From NCBI GenBank assembly GCA_963849325.1, contig CAWKHF010000007.1, forward strand, positions 64,001 to 128,000: DNA of 64,000 nucleotides. The letters are read 5' to 3'. Numbering within the stretch: position 1 is the stretch's first letter; every line of letters starts with the position of its first letter. The position numbers and the translations under genes are program-made. This stretch comes from an uncultured Planctomycetota bacterium (GTDB lineage: Bacteria; Planctomycetota; Planctomycetia; Gemmatales; Gemmataceae). Below, in pieces: positions 45,393-56,751 of this stretch. Below the pieces are notes generated by a model that was given only the letters and a program-made list of their open reading frames with translations, was not told where the DNA came from and searched no databases.

Positions 45393-45430
45393 GGTGACTC
45401 TCTAGTTGCGAGGCAACGGACTCCCACGGT

Positions 45431-48400
45431 ATGATGACGGGCATGTCTACTCCATCATCCAATCCTTCGCGTCCCGCGCTGGAGTATCGTATCCTCGGCG
45501 CGATGGTGGGAGTGCTGGGGGCCGCCTTGCTGCTGGCGCTGGGGAGCCGAGGCGCCGAGACGCCCAGCAAACTCACCGCCGAGAAAGTACGGCAACTCCA
45601 GGCGAAATACCAGGAAGAACGCGCCGCCGCCGACAAGGAAGGGCTGACGACAAAGTTCTCTCCCGAGTGGTACGAGAACGCCGCCAAACTGGCGAAGCAG
45701 GGCGACGAGGCGCTGACGGCCGGCCGGCTCGTCGAGGCGTCCGAGAGCTTTCACCGAGCCGCGTTGGAGTCTGCCGGGTCTGCCGCCGCACCTGCCGGAG
45801 CACGTCGGCCGTATCTTCGGCGACGGCCGGCTGCGCTTTACCGGCCCGGTGCTGGCCCTGGCCTACAGCCCGGATGGCCGGCGCCTGGTCACCGCCGCCG
45901 GCGATGCCGTCGTCCGCGTCTGGGACACCGACAACGGCCGCGAGGTCTGCCAGTATAACGGCCACAACGACGAGGTCTATGCCGTCGCCTTCCACCCGGA
46001 CGGCAAGTTGATCGCCTCGGCCGACAAGAGCAACGCCGAGATCAAACTGTGGAACGCCGACACCGGCAAGCCCGTCAAGGGCTTGCAGGGGTACAAGGAG
46101 TTCGTGACCAGTATCGCCTTCAGTCCCGACAGGCAATTGCTGGCCGCCGGCGGCGACAAGGACGTGCGCGTCTACGACATGGCCACGGGAGCCACCAAGC
46201 ATGTTCTGCGCGGCCACACTCAGCTGGTCCGCAGCGTGGCCTTCAGCCCGGACGGCAAATCGCTCGTATCGGCCGGCGCCGACAAGATCGTCCGTTGCTG
46301 GGACACGACGACGTGGACGGATCGCTTCGCCACGCCGCCTTTCCGCGGCGATCTCTTCGGCATCGCCTTCCATCCGGACAGCCAGACGTTTGCCGTCGCC
46401 ACCACCGACCCCAATGGGGCCAAGCTGCTGTCGGCGGTGGACGGCAGTGAACGGCAGAGCTTCGAGGGCCACAGCAAAGAAGTCATTTCCCTGGCCTTCA
46501 GCAAGGATGGCAAGCGCCTGGCCACCGGCAGCAACGACCAGGGCATTCGTCTGTGGGACGTCGCTACCGGCCAGACCCTGCGCACGCTCCAGGGCGGACA
46601 CAGCGCGGGCGTGACGTGCCTGGCCTTCAGCCCGGACGGCCGAACGCTGGCCTCCGGCAGCACGGACCAGACGGTGCGGCTGTGGGAGGTCGGCAGTGAC
46701 GAGCAGGCGCGCGAGCTGGCCGGCCACCAGGGCGCGGTCTGGTCCGCCCTGTTCAGCCCGGATGGCCGGCACATCGTCTCGGCGGGGGCCGATAAGCTGG
46801 TCCGCATCTGGGAGACGCTCACCGGCAAGGAAGAGCGCGTCCTCAAGGGCCATCATTCGCCGGTAACGGCGGCGGTGTACAGCCCGGATGGCAAATTCAT
46901 TGTCTCGTGCAGCGGCGACAAGCTGCTCAAACTGTGGGACGCCGCGACCGGCCAGGAAGTGCGCACCTTCACCGGCCACACCGCTGCCGTCACCAGCGCC
47001 GCCTTCAGCCCCGACGGCAAACAACTCGTCTCCGGGGCGGCGGATCGTCTCGTCAAGGTTTGGGAGGTCGAGACCGGCAAGGAGCTGCACTCGCTGCCGG
47101 GCCACGCCTCGGTCATCAGCGCCGTGGCCTGGGGCCGCGACGGCAAGCGCCTCGCCTCGGCCGGCGGCGACAACACAATCCGGCTATGGGACGCCGGCAC
47201 GATGAAGGAGGAGCGCACGCTGCTGGGCCACGGCGGCGCCGTCAGCTCGATCGCCTTCAGCCCGGACGGGCGGCAGCTGGCCTCGTGCGGCGGCGATCAG
47301 CGCATCCTGCTGTGGAACGTGGACGGCTCCGGTTCGCCGCGGGCCTTCCTCGGCCACAGCAGCGTCATCAGCTCGGTGGCCTTCAGCCCCAACGGCAAGC
47401 TGCTGGCCTCCGGCGGCGGCGATCAGGTCGTCAAGCTGTGGGACGTGCAGGCCGGCATCGAGCTGCACTCCTACCAGGGCCACAAAAACTGGATCAGCTC
47501 GGTCGCTTTTAGCCCGGACGGCCACTACCTCGTCTCGGGCAGCGTCGATCGGACGATCAAGCTGTGGGAGTTGGCCGGCCAGGCCGGCGGCGCCGCCTTC
47601 GGCCACACCAAGGAGGTCCGTGCCCTCGCGGTCAGTCCCGACGGCAAGCTGCTCGCCTCGGGCGGTGCCGACCAGAGCGTGCGCTTGTGGGAGCTGGCGA
47701 CCGGCCGCGAGCTGTTCGTGCTGGAAGGACGAATAGCGGGACAAGTCAAGGAGATCACGGCCCTGGCCTTCACGCCGGACAGCAAAATGCTGGTGTCCGC
47801 CGACGAGGACAACACACTCAAGTTCTGGAACACGGCAACAGGTAACGAAGTCCGCGCCCTCCGCAACGAGAGTCCGTCGCCCCTGGGCATCCCCGTCCTG
47901 ACGGTGACGCCCGACGGCAAACACCTGATTGCCTGGGTCGCCACCACGGAGGTCAGCACCTACACGCTGGCCGACGGCAAGCAGACCGCCGCCTTCGCCG
48001 TCGGCGACAGCAGCTCGAAGATCAACAGTCTGTCGTTCAGCGCCGACGGCACCATCGCCGCCCTGGGCGGAACCGACGGCGTTGTTCGCCTCTGGGACGT
48101 CGTCAAGAAGCAGCGCCTCGGCGATGACCTGAAAGCCCACGACAAGGAGGTCATGGACCTGTCGCTGACGCCGGACAAGAAGATGCTCGTGACGGCCGAC
48201 CGCGCCGGCGAGGTGAAGGTGTGGGACCTGGGCAAGCGGCAGGTCGTGCGCACGATCGCCGCGCATAAACAGAAAATCATCGCCGTGGCCATGAGCCCGG
48301 ACGGCTCGCGCTTCGCCACGGCGGCGGCGGACAACGTCGTCAAGCTGTGGGACCGAGCGACCGGCAAGGAGCTGCGGCAATGGGACTTGCACGTCCCGGT

Positions 48401-48515
48401 GCTGACCAACAGCGACAAGGCCCCGTTCGTCCGCGCCTTGCTGTTCGCACCCGATGGCAAGCACCTGGCGACCGGCAACGCCGATACGACGCTGTATTTG
48501 CTCGATTGTCCGTAG
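45431..48515 (+). CDS. Secreted WD40-repeat protein, about 20 repeats (frameshift near 45765)
   Basis: Signal-like N-terminus, then regular GH...FSPDG...WD repeats over ~890 aa. Confidence 0.92.
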
Positions 48516-48588
48516 TCGGGAACAAAACCTCCGACAACGGCGTCTCATGTTTCGCGCTCCCTTCCGTTCTCCTTGAAAGCGAGGCTCT

Positions 48589-49311
48589 ATGAAACGACTT
48601 CTGGCATTGGGGTTCCTGCTCGGTCTGATTGGTCTGGTCGTGCCGGCGCCGGCCGCCGACTCGACCGACAAGGCGGCGTCCAAGGAAGCCCTCCAAGAAC
48701 TTCAGGATTTCATCGGCGGCTGGAAGGGCAACGGTGGCCCCGACAAGCCGCGTCCCAGTCCCCGCGATCCCGTCTGGAGCGAAAACGTCAGCTGGAGCTG
48801 GCGCTTCAAGGGCGACGACGCCTGGCTGACCATGACCGTCAAGGACGGCAAGATCTTCAAGTCCGGCGAGATGCGCTACCTGCCGGACAAGAAGCTGTAC
48901 CAGTTGACCACCACCGACAAGGACGGCAAGAAGGCCGTCTTCGAGGGCCAGATCAAGAGCGAGACCCTGACGCTCACCCACGTCGATCCCGCTACGAAAG
49001 TGACACGGCAGATCCAGATGAACACCGCCGCCGAGGGCGTGCGCTTCATCTACCGCGTCGCCCACAAGGACAAGGGTTCGACCATCTGGAAGAAGGATTA
49101 CGTGGTCGCCTGCACCAAGGAAGGCGAGAGCCTGGGCAAAGCGGAGAAGAAAAACATCTGCGTCGTCTCCGGCGGCGTCGGTACCATGCCGATCAGTTAC
49201 AAGGGCGAGACGTATTACGTCTGCTGCTCCGGTTGCGCCGAGGCGTTCAAGGAAACGCCGGAGAAGTACATCGCCGAGTACAAGGCCAAGAAAGCGGGCA
49301 AGAAGAAATAA
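48589..49311 (+). CDS. Secreted protein with C-terminal YHS-like domain
   Basis: Signal peptide; ICVVSGG...YKGETYYVCCSGCAEAFKETPEKY. Confidence 0.85.
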   Translation: MKRLLALGFLLGLIGLVVPAPAADSTDKAASKEALQELQDFIGGWKGNGGPDKPRPSPRDPVWSENVSWSWRFKGDDAWLTMTVKDGKIFKSGEMRYLPDKKLYQLTTTDKDGKKAVFEGQIKSETLTLTHVDPATKVTRQIQMNTAAEGVRFIYRVAHKDKGSTIWKKDYVVACTKEGESLGKAEKKNICVVSGGVGTMPISYKGETYYVCCSGCAEAFKETPEKYIAEYKAKKAGKKK

Positions 49312-49325
49312 AGGCAAATTTCCTT

Positions 49326-49392
49326 CGTTTAGCCGCGACGCGCAGCGGAGCGCGGGAGTATCCCGCGCTCCGCTGCGCGTCGCGGCTAAACG
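49326..49392. repeat. REP-like palindrome, family B
   Basis: Near-identical to 2011-2071. Confidence 0.9.
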
Positions 49393-49537
49393 GGGACCTT
49401 TCCGAGCCGCTTGCGGCGTAGTGTCCCGACAACGCTACGCCGCGAGCGGTTTCGCTTTTCCGGAAAAAAGTAAAAGCACTCCTCGCCCTCAGGGCAGTGA
49501 TAAATAGAGACACGGATTCGCTGGGAGGGTTGGATAC

Positions 49538-51515
49538 GTGGCCCCCGCGCGCTGGCGTCCGGTGATTGACTATCTGCGCATGATCGCGCGACGTCCGCAG
49601 CCGGAGGAGCGCGGCGACGCCTGGCTGCTGGCTCGCTTCGTCGCCGACCGCGACGAGTCGGCGTTCGCCGCCCTGGTGCATCGGCACGGCCCGATGGTAT
49701 TCGCCACCTGTCGCTGTATCCTGGGCGACGTTCACGATGCCGAGGACTGCTTGCAAGCCGTCTTCCTCGTTCTGGCGCAAGGCCGCCTCGCTCCGCAATC
49801 CCGATCGTCTGGCCAACTGGTTGTACGGCGTCGCCCGCCGCACTGCTGCCAAGGCGCGCGTGCGCAGCGTCCGGCGGCGAAGGCACGAAATGCCTCTCGT
49901 GGATGTTCCCGGCCAAGGGAGCGACGATCTCATCTGGCGTGAGTTGCGGCCGGTCCTCGACGAGGAAATCGCGCGTCTACCCGCTCGCTATCGGCCGGCA
50001 GTGGTCCTGTGCTATCTCGAAGGAGCGAGCAACGCCGAGGCGGCGCGGCGGCTCGGCTGGCCGCGCGGCACGGTAGCGACGCGCCTGGCCTGGGCGCGGC
50101 AGCGGCTGCGCTCCCGACTGGAGTGGCGCGGCATCACCCTGCCGGCCGGCGCCCTGACGGCGCTTCTGGCACAGGAGACGGCCGAGGCCGCTATCTCGGG
50201 GAGACTGGCGAAAACGACCGTCGAGGCGTCTCTGCGCTTCGCCGTGGGACAGGGAATGACCGCCGCCACGACGTCGGCGGTGATGCTGGCGAAAGGAGTG
50301 CTCACGAGCATGACCATGACCAAGGTGCAGTTCGCCGTCCTGATGGTGCTGACCGCCAGCGTGGTCGGCGTCGGTACGGGCTGGCTGGTGCGCTCTCTGT
50401 CGAGCGGCGAGCGACCGCAGGCTGTCGCCCCGCCCTCCGTCGCACGAGCCGAACCCGACCGCAACGAGATCCTGAAAGAGGAGATCGCGGTCCTGCAACG
50501 TGAGCTGCGAGAGCTGAAGAAGTCGCCGGCCGCGAAACCGACGCCGCCGGAAGCGAAAGAGACAGCGGCCGCCGACTCGCTGCCTCTCCTGTATCAAGGA
50601 AAGCCTGCCAGCGCCTGGTTGGTGACGCTCCGCGACCGCGATCCGGATTACCGCGTCAAGGGCATTAAGGCGCTCGATTCTCTCGCGCAGGTGGACCCGT
50701 CGTTGATCCCGGCAATTATGGGATCTTTGAAAGATAACGACCCAGAAGTCCGCACGGCGGCGGTCAATGCCCTCGGCGACATCGGTTCGCCGGCCGGTGA
50801 AGCCGTGCCCCTCATCCTGCGGAGCGGCTGTTCCATCCAGAACATCCTGAATGCCCTGGACGAGATCGATCCCAAGGGTCAGCGGGCCATGCCAGCCGCG
50901 TTGGCTGTCTTGAAGGAGACGGAAGCGCGACCACGACAGACAGCCGCTTTCGTCCTGCTGCACTTCGACAAGTCCAAGATGCGTCTTGGCATGACCGGCT
51001 TTGTCGATGCCTTCCAAGCGGAGGACGAGAATTTCTTCTGGTATGATCGAACGACGAAGGCAAGCGAGAGTGTCACGGTGCATCTCATCGCCGCGTGGGC
51101 GCTGGAGCAGATTGGGTCCCAGGCGCGCGAAGCCGTGCCGGCCTTGGTGCGAGCGCTCCATTCTCCCCTGCATAACTCGGATGCCGTCAGAGCGTGTAGT
51201 TCCGCTTTGACAAGCGTGGACCCGGAAGGCAAGGAAGCGATTCCGTTGTTGATAAAAGAATTGGCTTCCATGAAACAACCTCTCGATGATTCCGATAGAG
51301 GAGAGCGGACTTGTGTGATCCGCGCTCTGGCCTTGTATGGTCCAAAGGCCAAGGCGGCGATTCCGACTCTGCGAGAAATCGTCAAGAAAATCGAATCCTC
51401 GAAACACCCCAATTTCGCAGAAGGACTGCATTTTGTCGCTATCGACGCCCTTAACAAGATCGATCCCAAGAAGCCGCCAACTAGCAAATCGAACAAGGCG
51501 GCGAAAGAGAATTAG
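49538..51515 (+). CDS. ECF sigma factor with TM segment and C-terminal HEAT repeats (frameshift near 49775)
   Basis: AFAALVHRHGPMV, DAED.LQAVFLVL, WLYGVA, LPARYR..VVLCYLEG, GTVATRL; TM; repeats EAVPAL/EAIPLL/AAIPTL. Confidence 0.9.
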
Positions 51516-51533
51516 ATGTCTCGGAGCAAATTC

Positions 51534-51650
51534 CCTGAGCGGGGGGCGTTAGCCCCCTGAGTCTTGCGAAACTCAGGGGGCTGACGCCCCCCGCTCAGGT
51601 GGAACTGCGTCAGCGCCCCGAGTATCCCACGATCTCGGGGCGCTGACGCA
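51534..51650. repeat. Two adjacent REP-like palindromes (family C and relative)
   Basis: CCTGAGCGGGGGGCGTTAGCCCCCTGAG...CTCAGGGGGCTGACGCCCCCCGCTCAGG and TGCGTCAGCGCCCCGAG...CTCGGGGCGCTGACGCA. Confidence 0.85.
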
Positions 51651-51777
51651 ACCCTGCTCGCCAGGCATACCCCATCTCTTTTCCCTTTCCTCTCCCCGTA
51701 CCGACCGATATGATCGCTGGCAGATACCCCCCCTGCCTTGGGGCCTTCCCTCGCCTCCTTCCTTGCGAGAATGCACC

Positions 51778-53813
51778 ATGAACGTCTCGTCTCTTTCTTC
51801 CTTGTGCTTGCGTATACTGCTGGGTGCCGCCGTCATGCTGGCGTGGGCCGGCCACGGACAGGCGCAGAAACCGGCCCCGCTGCCGGTCAACCCGCAGGCG
51901 CCGGTGCTGAAGCCGGCCGTGCCGCTGGGCATGCAGCGCGGCACCACACTGGAGCTAAACCTTACCGGGACCAATCTCGCCGAGCCGACCGGCCTGTGGA
52001 CCAGCTTTCCCGCCAAGGTCGCCATCCCCACCGAGGGCAACAACGGCAAGGACAATACGAAACTGCTCGTCCGTCTCGACGTACCCAAGGACGCCCCGGT
52101 CGGCTTCCATGCGATCCGGCTGGCGACGCGGCGCGGCATGTCGAACCTGCGCCTGTTCTGCATCGACGATCTGCCGCAGGTGCTGGAGACGAGCACGAAC
52201 CACGCGCCGGCCACGGCCCAGGCCGTGCCGGTGCCGTGCGTCGTCGCGGCCAAGGCCGACGCCGAGACGACCGATTACTTCAAGTTCCGCGTCACCGCCG
52301 GTCAGCGCGTCAGCTTCGAGGTCCTGGGCCGGCGGCTGGGCAGCCTGTTCGATCCGCAGTTGCAACTCCTCGACGCCGCCACCGGACGCGAATTGCCGGG
52401 CGCCTACAGCAACGATGCGCCGGGCTTGCAGACCGACGCCCGCATGACTTACACCTTCAAGAATGCCGGCGAGTATCTCGTGGCCGTGCGCGACGTCAGC
52501 TATCGCGGCGGCGACGACTTCCATTACCGCCTGCGCATCGGCGATTTTCCCTGCGCCACCACAACGCTGCCGCTGGCCGCCAAGCGCGGCAGCAAGGTGT
52601 CCGTGCGCTTCGCTGGTCCCACCGTGGACGGCGTTGCTCCCGTCGAGGTGACGGTGCCGGCCGACCCGGCGGTCGAATCACTGGTACTGGCGCCGCGCGG
52701 GGCCAACGGCTTGCACGGCTGGCCGGTCAGCCTGGCGGTCTCCGACCTGGACGAGACGCTGGAGCAGGAGCCGAACAACGAACCGGCGAAGGCCAACCGT
52801 ATTGCCGGTGCCCGGTGCCGTCACCGCTCGCTTCGAGCAGAAGGGCGACATCGATTCCTTCGTCTTCGCACTGAAGAAGGGCGTGCGTTACACCATCGAG
52901 GTACAGACGCACGAACTCGGTTCGCCGACCGAGGTGTACATGACCCTGCGCGATGCCAAGGGGGCACAGCTGCAAGCGAGCAATCCGACGACGGCGCCGC
53001 GGCTGGACTTCACGCCGCCGGCCGACGGCGATTACACGCTGCAAGTGGAACACCTGCACCTGTGGGGCGGGCCGGACGAGGTCTACCGCGTCCGCGTCGC
53101 GCCCTCCGAACCGGGCTTCGATCTGACCGTGGCGCTGGACCGCTACGATGTCGGCCAGGGCGGCAAGCTGTCGATCCCCGTCCTGGCGCCGCGGCGCGAC
53201 TTCGGCGGTCCCATCGAAATCAGCGTCCTGGGACCGAAGGGCATCAGCGGTCATCTTGCCGTCGCCGCCGGCAAGGCGCCGCCGGCCAATCAGCCGATCG
53301 GCACGTTGACCGTCAACGTGGCCGACGACGTGCCGCTGGGTGCGTATGCCTTCCGCATCCAGGGCAAGGCGACAATCGACGGCAAGGTGGTGACGAGGTT
53401 GGCCAGCGCTCGCACGGCCGTCAGCCAGGGGTTGGCCAACCTGCCGCTGCCGCCGAGGGAGATGCTGACCACGATAGGCCTGGCCGTCACGCCGAAACCG
53501 CCGTTCACCCTGGCCGCGAAGCTCGACGCCCCGTCGTACATGCCCGGCAAGCCGGCGACGCTGACGGTCACGGCCACGCGCTCGGCCGGCTTCACGGCCG
53601 AGATCGTCCTGAGCGCCGCCGGCCTTCCGCCCGGCGTCACGGCGGCGTCTGAAAAACATCCCGGCCAATCAGAACGAGGTCAAGGTGCAGCTGACTCTGA
53701 CGCCGCAGACCAAGGTCGGCCAAACCTCCCTCGTCCTCACGGGCAAAGCCAATCACCAGGGCCGCGATGTGACGGCTACTGCGCCGCCGGTCGCCCTCGT
53801 GGTCAAGAAATAA
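51778..53813 (+). CDS. Secreted PPC (pre-peptidase C-terminal)-domain protein (frameshifts near 52805 and 53650)
   Basis: Signal peptide, PLGMQRG, DYFKF, RLGS.FDP, EQEPNN, repeated beta domains; ends VALVVKK-stop. Confidence 0.82.
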
Positions 53814-53827
53814 AAACGCCATCCATC

Positions 53828-54253
53828 CTACGGCCCTTGTCTGTATTTCCGGGCGATTGCTAATATCACATGGATGATGATGAGGAGGAGAGTGCCGCCC
53901 GCGAACGACCACAGACCGGCCTGTATCGTCCTACGGGTTCCGGTGAGAAAGCCAGCGATAAAACATGCGGCCCCGATGGCCTGTAGTAGGCAGGCAATGT
54001 AGAATCCGAATTCAGAGGCAAGCGGCTTCTGTTTATGTCTCCATTTGATTACTAAGATCATGGAGCTGAGAATCATGAGAAGAACGGCGCCGGTGAATAA
54101 GGGAACGCACAACCATACCCCAACAATAACGAGCTGTCTAAGGCCAGCGAAAAAGCCAATGATCTCACACAGCAATCCTAGAAGTCCCAGTATTGCTGCA
54201 ACCCGGACGCAAAAATCGATAGAAAGCAGCTTGCCTGACATTCGGACAATCAC
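53828..54253 (-). CDS. Small 4-TM membrane protein, possible immunity protein
   Basis: Low-GC ORF, four hydrophobic segments, two similar halves. Confidence 0.6.
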   Translation of the reverse strand: MIVRMSGKLLSIDFCVRVAAILGLLGLLCEIIGFFAGLRQLVIVGVWLCVPLFTGAVLLMILSSMILVIKWRHKQKPLASEFGFYIACLLQAIGAACFIAGFLTGTRRTIQAGLWSFAGGTLLLIIIHVILAIARKYRQGP

Positions 54254-54283
54254 TGCCTATGGCTGTGACGCAGCCCAATATCT

Positions 54284-54627
54284 CTATGTTCGCTCATCCT
54301 GGTGTAGTTCACCATCACTGGTATCAGGAGAGGGTGCATCATATAGCTCGTATCGCACGCCTTCTACTTCACCGGAGGCGATTGGCTTCGCACTGGTTGG
54401 TTGATACTCTGCGAGGATCTGCGAAACAGTGCGGTTATTCATTCTCTCGTAGCGCCTTCAATTCCATACCATCCAACATAGTTCCGTAGGATGGTACGAA
54501 GTTGCTTACTCAATACTGGCGGCAATGCCTGAATGGCTTTCGTCAAAGAGATGGACACTTCCTGAAGGCTTGAGCCTGAAATCAATCTTCCCCCATGATC
54601 TGTCACGGCATTTCTCCGCAATAACAC
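54284..54627 (-). CDS. Putative immunity gene(s) behind the deaminase cassette: 62-aa ORF (54439-54627) ATGA-coupled to 52-aa ORF (54284-54442)
   Basis: GTG starts 1 nt after the deaminase stop; second ORF MNNRTVSQILAEYQP...; may be one frameshifted gene. Confidence 0.4.
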
Positions 54628-54748
54628 GTTATGGCTTCACGAGAAGCACTCCATTCCTCCATGCCCATTGGCTTCCAGCGCTATCAATATACCATATATC
54701 CATTTGGAATTGCTGAGATGCCCACTGCATAAGACTTTGGCAATCTCT

Positions 54749-56280
54749 CTGTACTTTCCGTGATTTTCTCATAGTTCGCCATAAGCGACAACTTCGGGAG
54801 ATAATTCTTGGTGAGGTCGAGCAACATGGCAGCGACGGGCGGGTGGACGATAACCGGCTCCCCGGACACGATGAGGGGTGACTACCGTCCCTCGTCTCGC
54901 CAAGGAGCCGGCCATGCCATTGTCGCAACTGCCCACCTCGTTGTCCGCCTGGCTGTCCGACATCACCGCTGCCCTCGATCGCCGCTCCGCCCCGCGACTG
55001 CTCCTGCTGCTGGTCGGGGCCCTGTTCGCCAAAGGACGCCGTACCGTCATCTCCTGGTTCCACGCCGCCGGCATCACCACCGACTTCCGGCCCGCCTACA
55101 ACGCCTTGGGGGCTGCTGGCCGCCGCGTCGATGCCCTGAGCTACCGCCTGCTTGGCATCGCCCTCAAGCCGCTGATGCGTCGCATCCCCGGCGACCGTCT
55201 GCTGTTCGCCATCGACGATACGCCGACGGCGCGCTACGGACCCTGCGTGCAGGGCGCCGGCATCCACCACAACCCCAGCCCCGGCCCCGCCGGCGAAAAG
55301 TTCGTCTACGGTCACGTCTGGGTCAGCCTCGCCTGGTTGGCCCATCACCCGGCCTGGCACACGCTGGCCCTGCCGTTGCGTGCCCTGTTGTACGTCCGCG
55401 CCAAGGACGTGCCGGCGTTGGCCGAGAACTACCCCTGGCCGTTCCGCACCAAGCTGGAACTGGCTGCGGAGTTGGTCCGCTGGTTGACGGTCTGGGTGGG
55501 CGGTCTGGGCCGGACCTTGTGGCTGGCGGTCGATGGGGCCTACGCCAAGCGACCGTTTTTGCAGCCGGTGATGGCGTTGGGAGTGGTGGTCGTCAGCCGG
55601 CTGCGCAAGGACGCTCACCTGATGACCCTGCCACCGACCCGACGTCGGCACGGACAGCGTGGACCGTTGCCGACCTACGGCAAGGAGCGGATCGACCTGG
55701 CCAAGCGTGCCGGACAGCAGCGGGGCTGGCGGCGGCTGGAGTGCGTGCAGTACGGAGAGCGGGTGGTCAAGCAGATCAAGACGTTCCAGGCGACCTGGCG
55801 GCCGGCGGGCGGCTGCATCTGCGTGGTGCTCGTGCGTGAGGACGACGGCTGGCTGGCCTACTTCTGCACGGACCCGGAGGCGACGGCGACGCAGGTGCTG
55901 GAAGCGATGGCCGACCGAGGTGCGATCGAGCAGATGTTCAAGGATGTCAAGGAGGTCTGGGGTGCCGGCCAGCAGCAGGTGCGGAACGTGTACGCCAGCA
56001 TCGGAGCCTGGGCGGTGAACCTGGTGATGTACAGCGTGGTGGAGGCGTGGGCTTGGACGCATGAGGAGGAGGAGTTGGTGGACCGCCGTCGGTCGCCGTG
56101 GGACACCAAGGATCGTCGGCCGTCGCACGCGGACAAGCGGAAGGCGTTGCAACGGCTGATCCTCCGAGAAGAAATCCGCGCGGCTGTCGAGGGTCGGCCC
56201 GAGTCGGAAGGGTTTCGGAACGTGGCTATCCGCCTGCTCGATTTAGCCGCCTGACTGTAAGACTCTCACGGAAAGTACAG
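54749..56280 (+). mobile_element. Complete IS701-like insertion sequence (1532 bp)
   Basis: 15-bp perfect terminal IR CTGTACTTTCCGTGA (54749-54763 / 56266-56280); 7-bp flanking direct repeat AATCTCT (54742-54748, 56281-56287). Confidence 0.92.
54914..56254 (+). CDS. DDE transposase (IS701-like)
   Basis: AIDDTP, VDGAYA, SRLRKDA, RGAIEQMFKDVK motifs; AAGGAG SD. Confidence 0.93.
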   Translation: MPLSQLPTSLSAWLSDITAALDRRSAPRLLLLLVGALFAKGRRTVISWFHAAGITTDFRPAYNALGAAGRRVDALSYRLLGIALKPLMRRIPGDRLLFAIDDTPTARYGPCVQGAGIHHNPSPGPAGEKFVYGHVWVSLAWLAHHPAWHTLALPLRALLYVRAKDVPALAENYPWPFRTKLELAAELVRWLTVWVGGLGRTLWLAVDGAYAKRPFLQPVMALGVVVVSRLRKDAHLMTLPPTRRRHGQRGPLPTYGKERIDLAKRAGQQRGWRRLECVQYGERVVKQIKTFQATWRPAGGCICVVLVREDDGWLAYFCTDPEATATQVLEAMADRGAIEQMFKDVKEVWGAGQQQVRNVYASIGAWAVNLVMYSVVEAWAWTHEEEELVDRRRSPWDTKDRRPSHADKRKALQRLILREEIRAAVEGRPESEGFRNVAIRLLDLAA

Positions 56281-56751
56281 AATCTCTGCAAGCTGGGAGG
56301 ATTCCATCGAAAGTCAGCCTCATTCCCGGCCCCAACTTCCCTGCTTCGGCCAACTCGGCGATAACTTTTCCTTCAGTATGAGTGTACCAGGCTTGTTCAG
56401 GAAATGTCAACTTGGTTCCCTTGGGGAAGGTAACTTCGGCACCACTTATCGCAGTTCCGCCTGCGATTCTCCCACCTCTTGGACCTGTAAATTCCCAATC
56501 AGCCACATGTGGAGTATTCGACGCTCGTCCGAACCAGCCTCCCAGCCCGGCGAAGGCCATCGTCAGTACTGCGGGCGTGAAGTCGCCAATGGTCTTCGCC
56601 GTTCCCTCACTCGCTCCCAGGCCACTTGCAGCCGAATAACCCAGATACGCAATCACCGAGGAGTTGGACTGTCCCGAACCCCAGTCGGCCACTCCCGCGA
56701 TGATCTGATCTACCCCCACCGACATCAAGCCCACACCCGACACTACCGCAT

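Larger units (their letters stand above)
54629..56743 (-). pseudogene. Orphan toxin cassette: pre-toxin segment plus deaminase-like C-terminal domain, interrupted by IS
   Basis: Removing the IS and one 7-bp duplication restores an in-frame 191-aa ORF with THTEGK...LPACRDC...stop at 54629. Confidence 0.85.

Noticed and set aside
45573-48683. Long antisense and alternate-frame ORFs here and across the window
   Set aside because: Expected shadow ORFs in high-GC coding DNA; Arg/Gly/Pro-rich with no motifs
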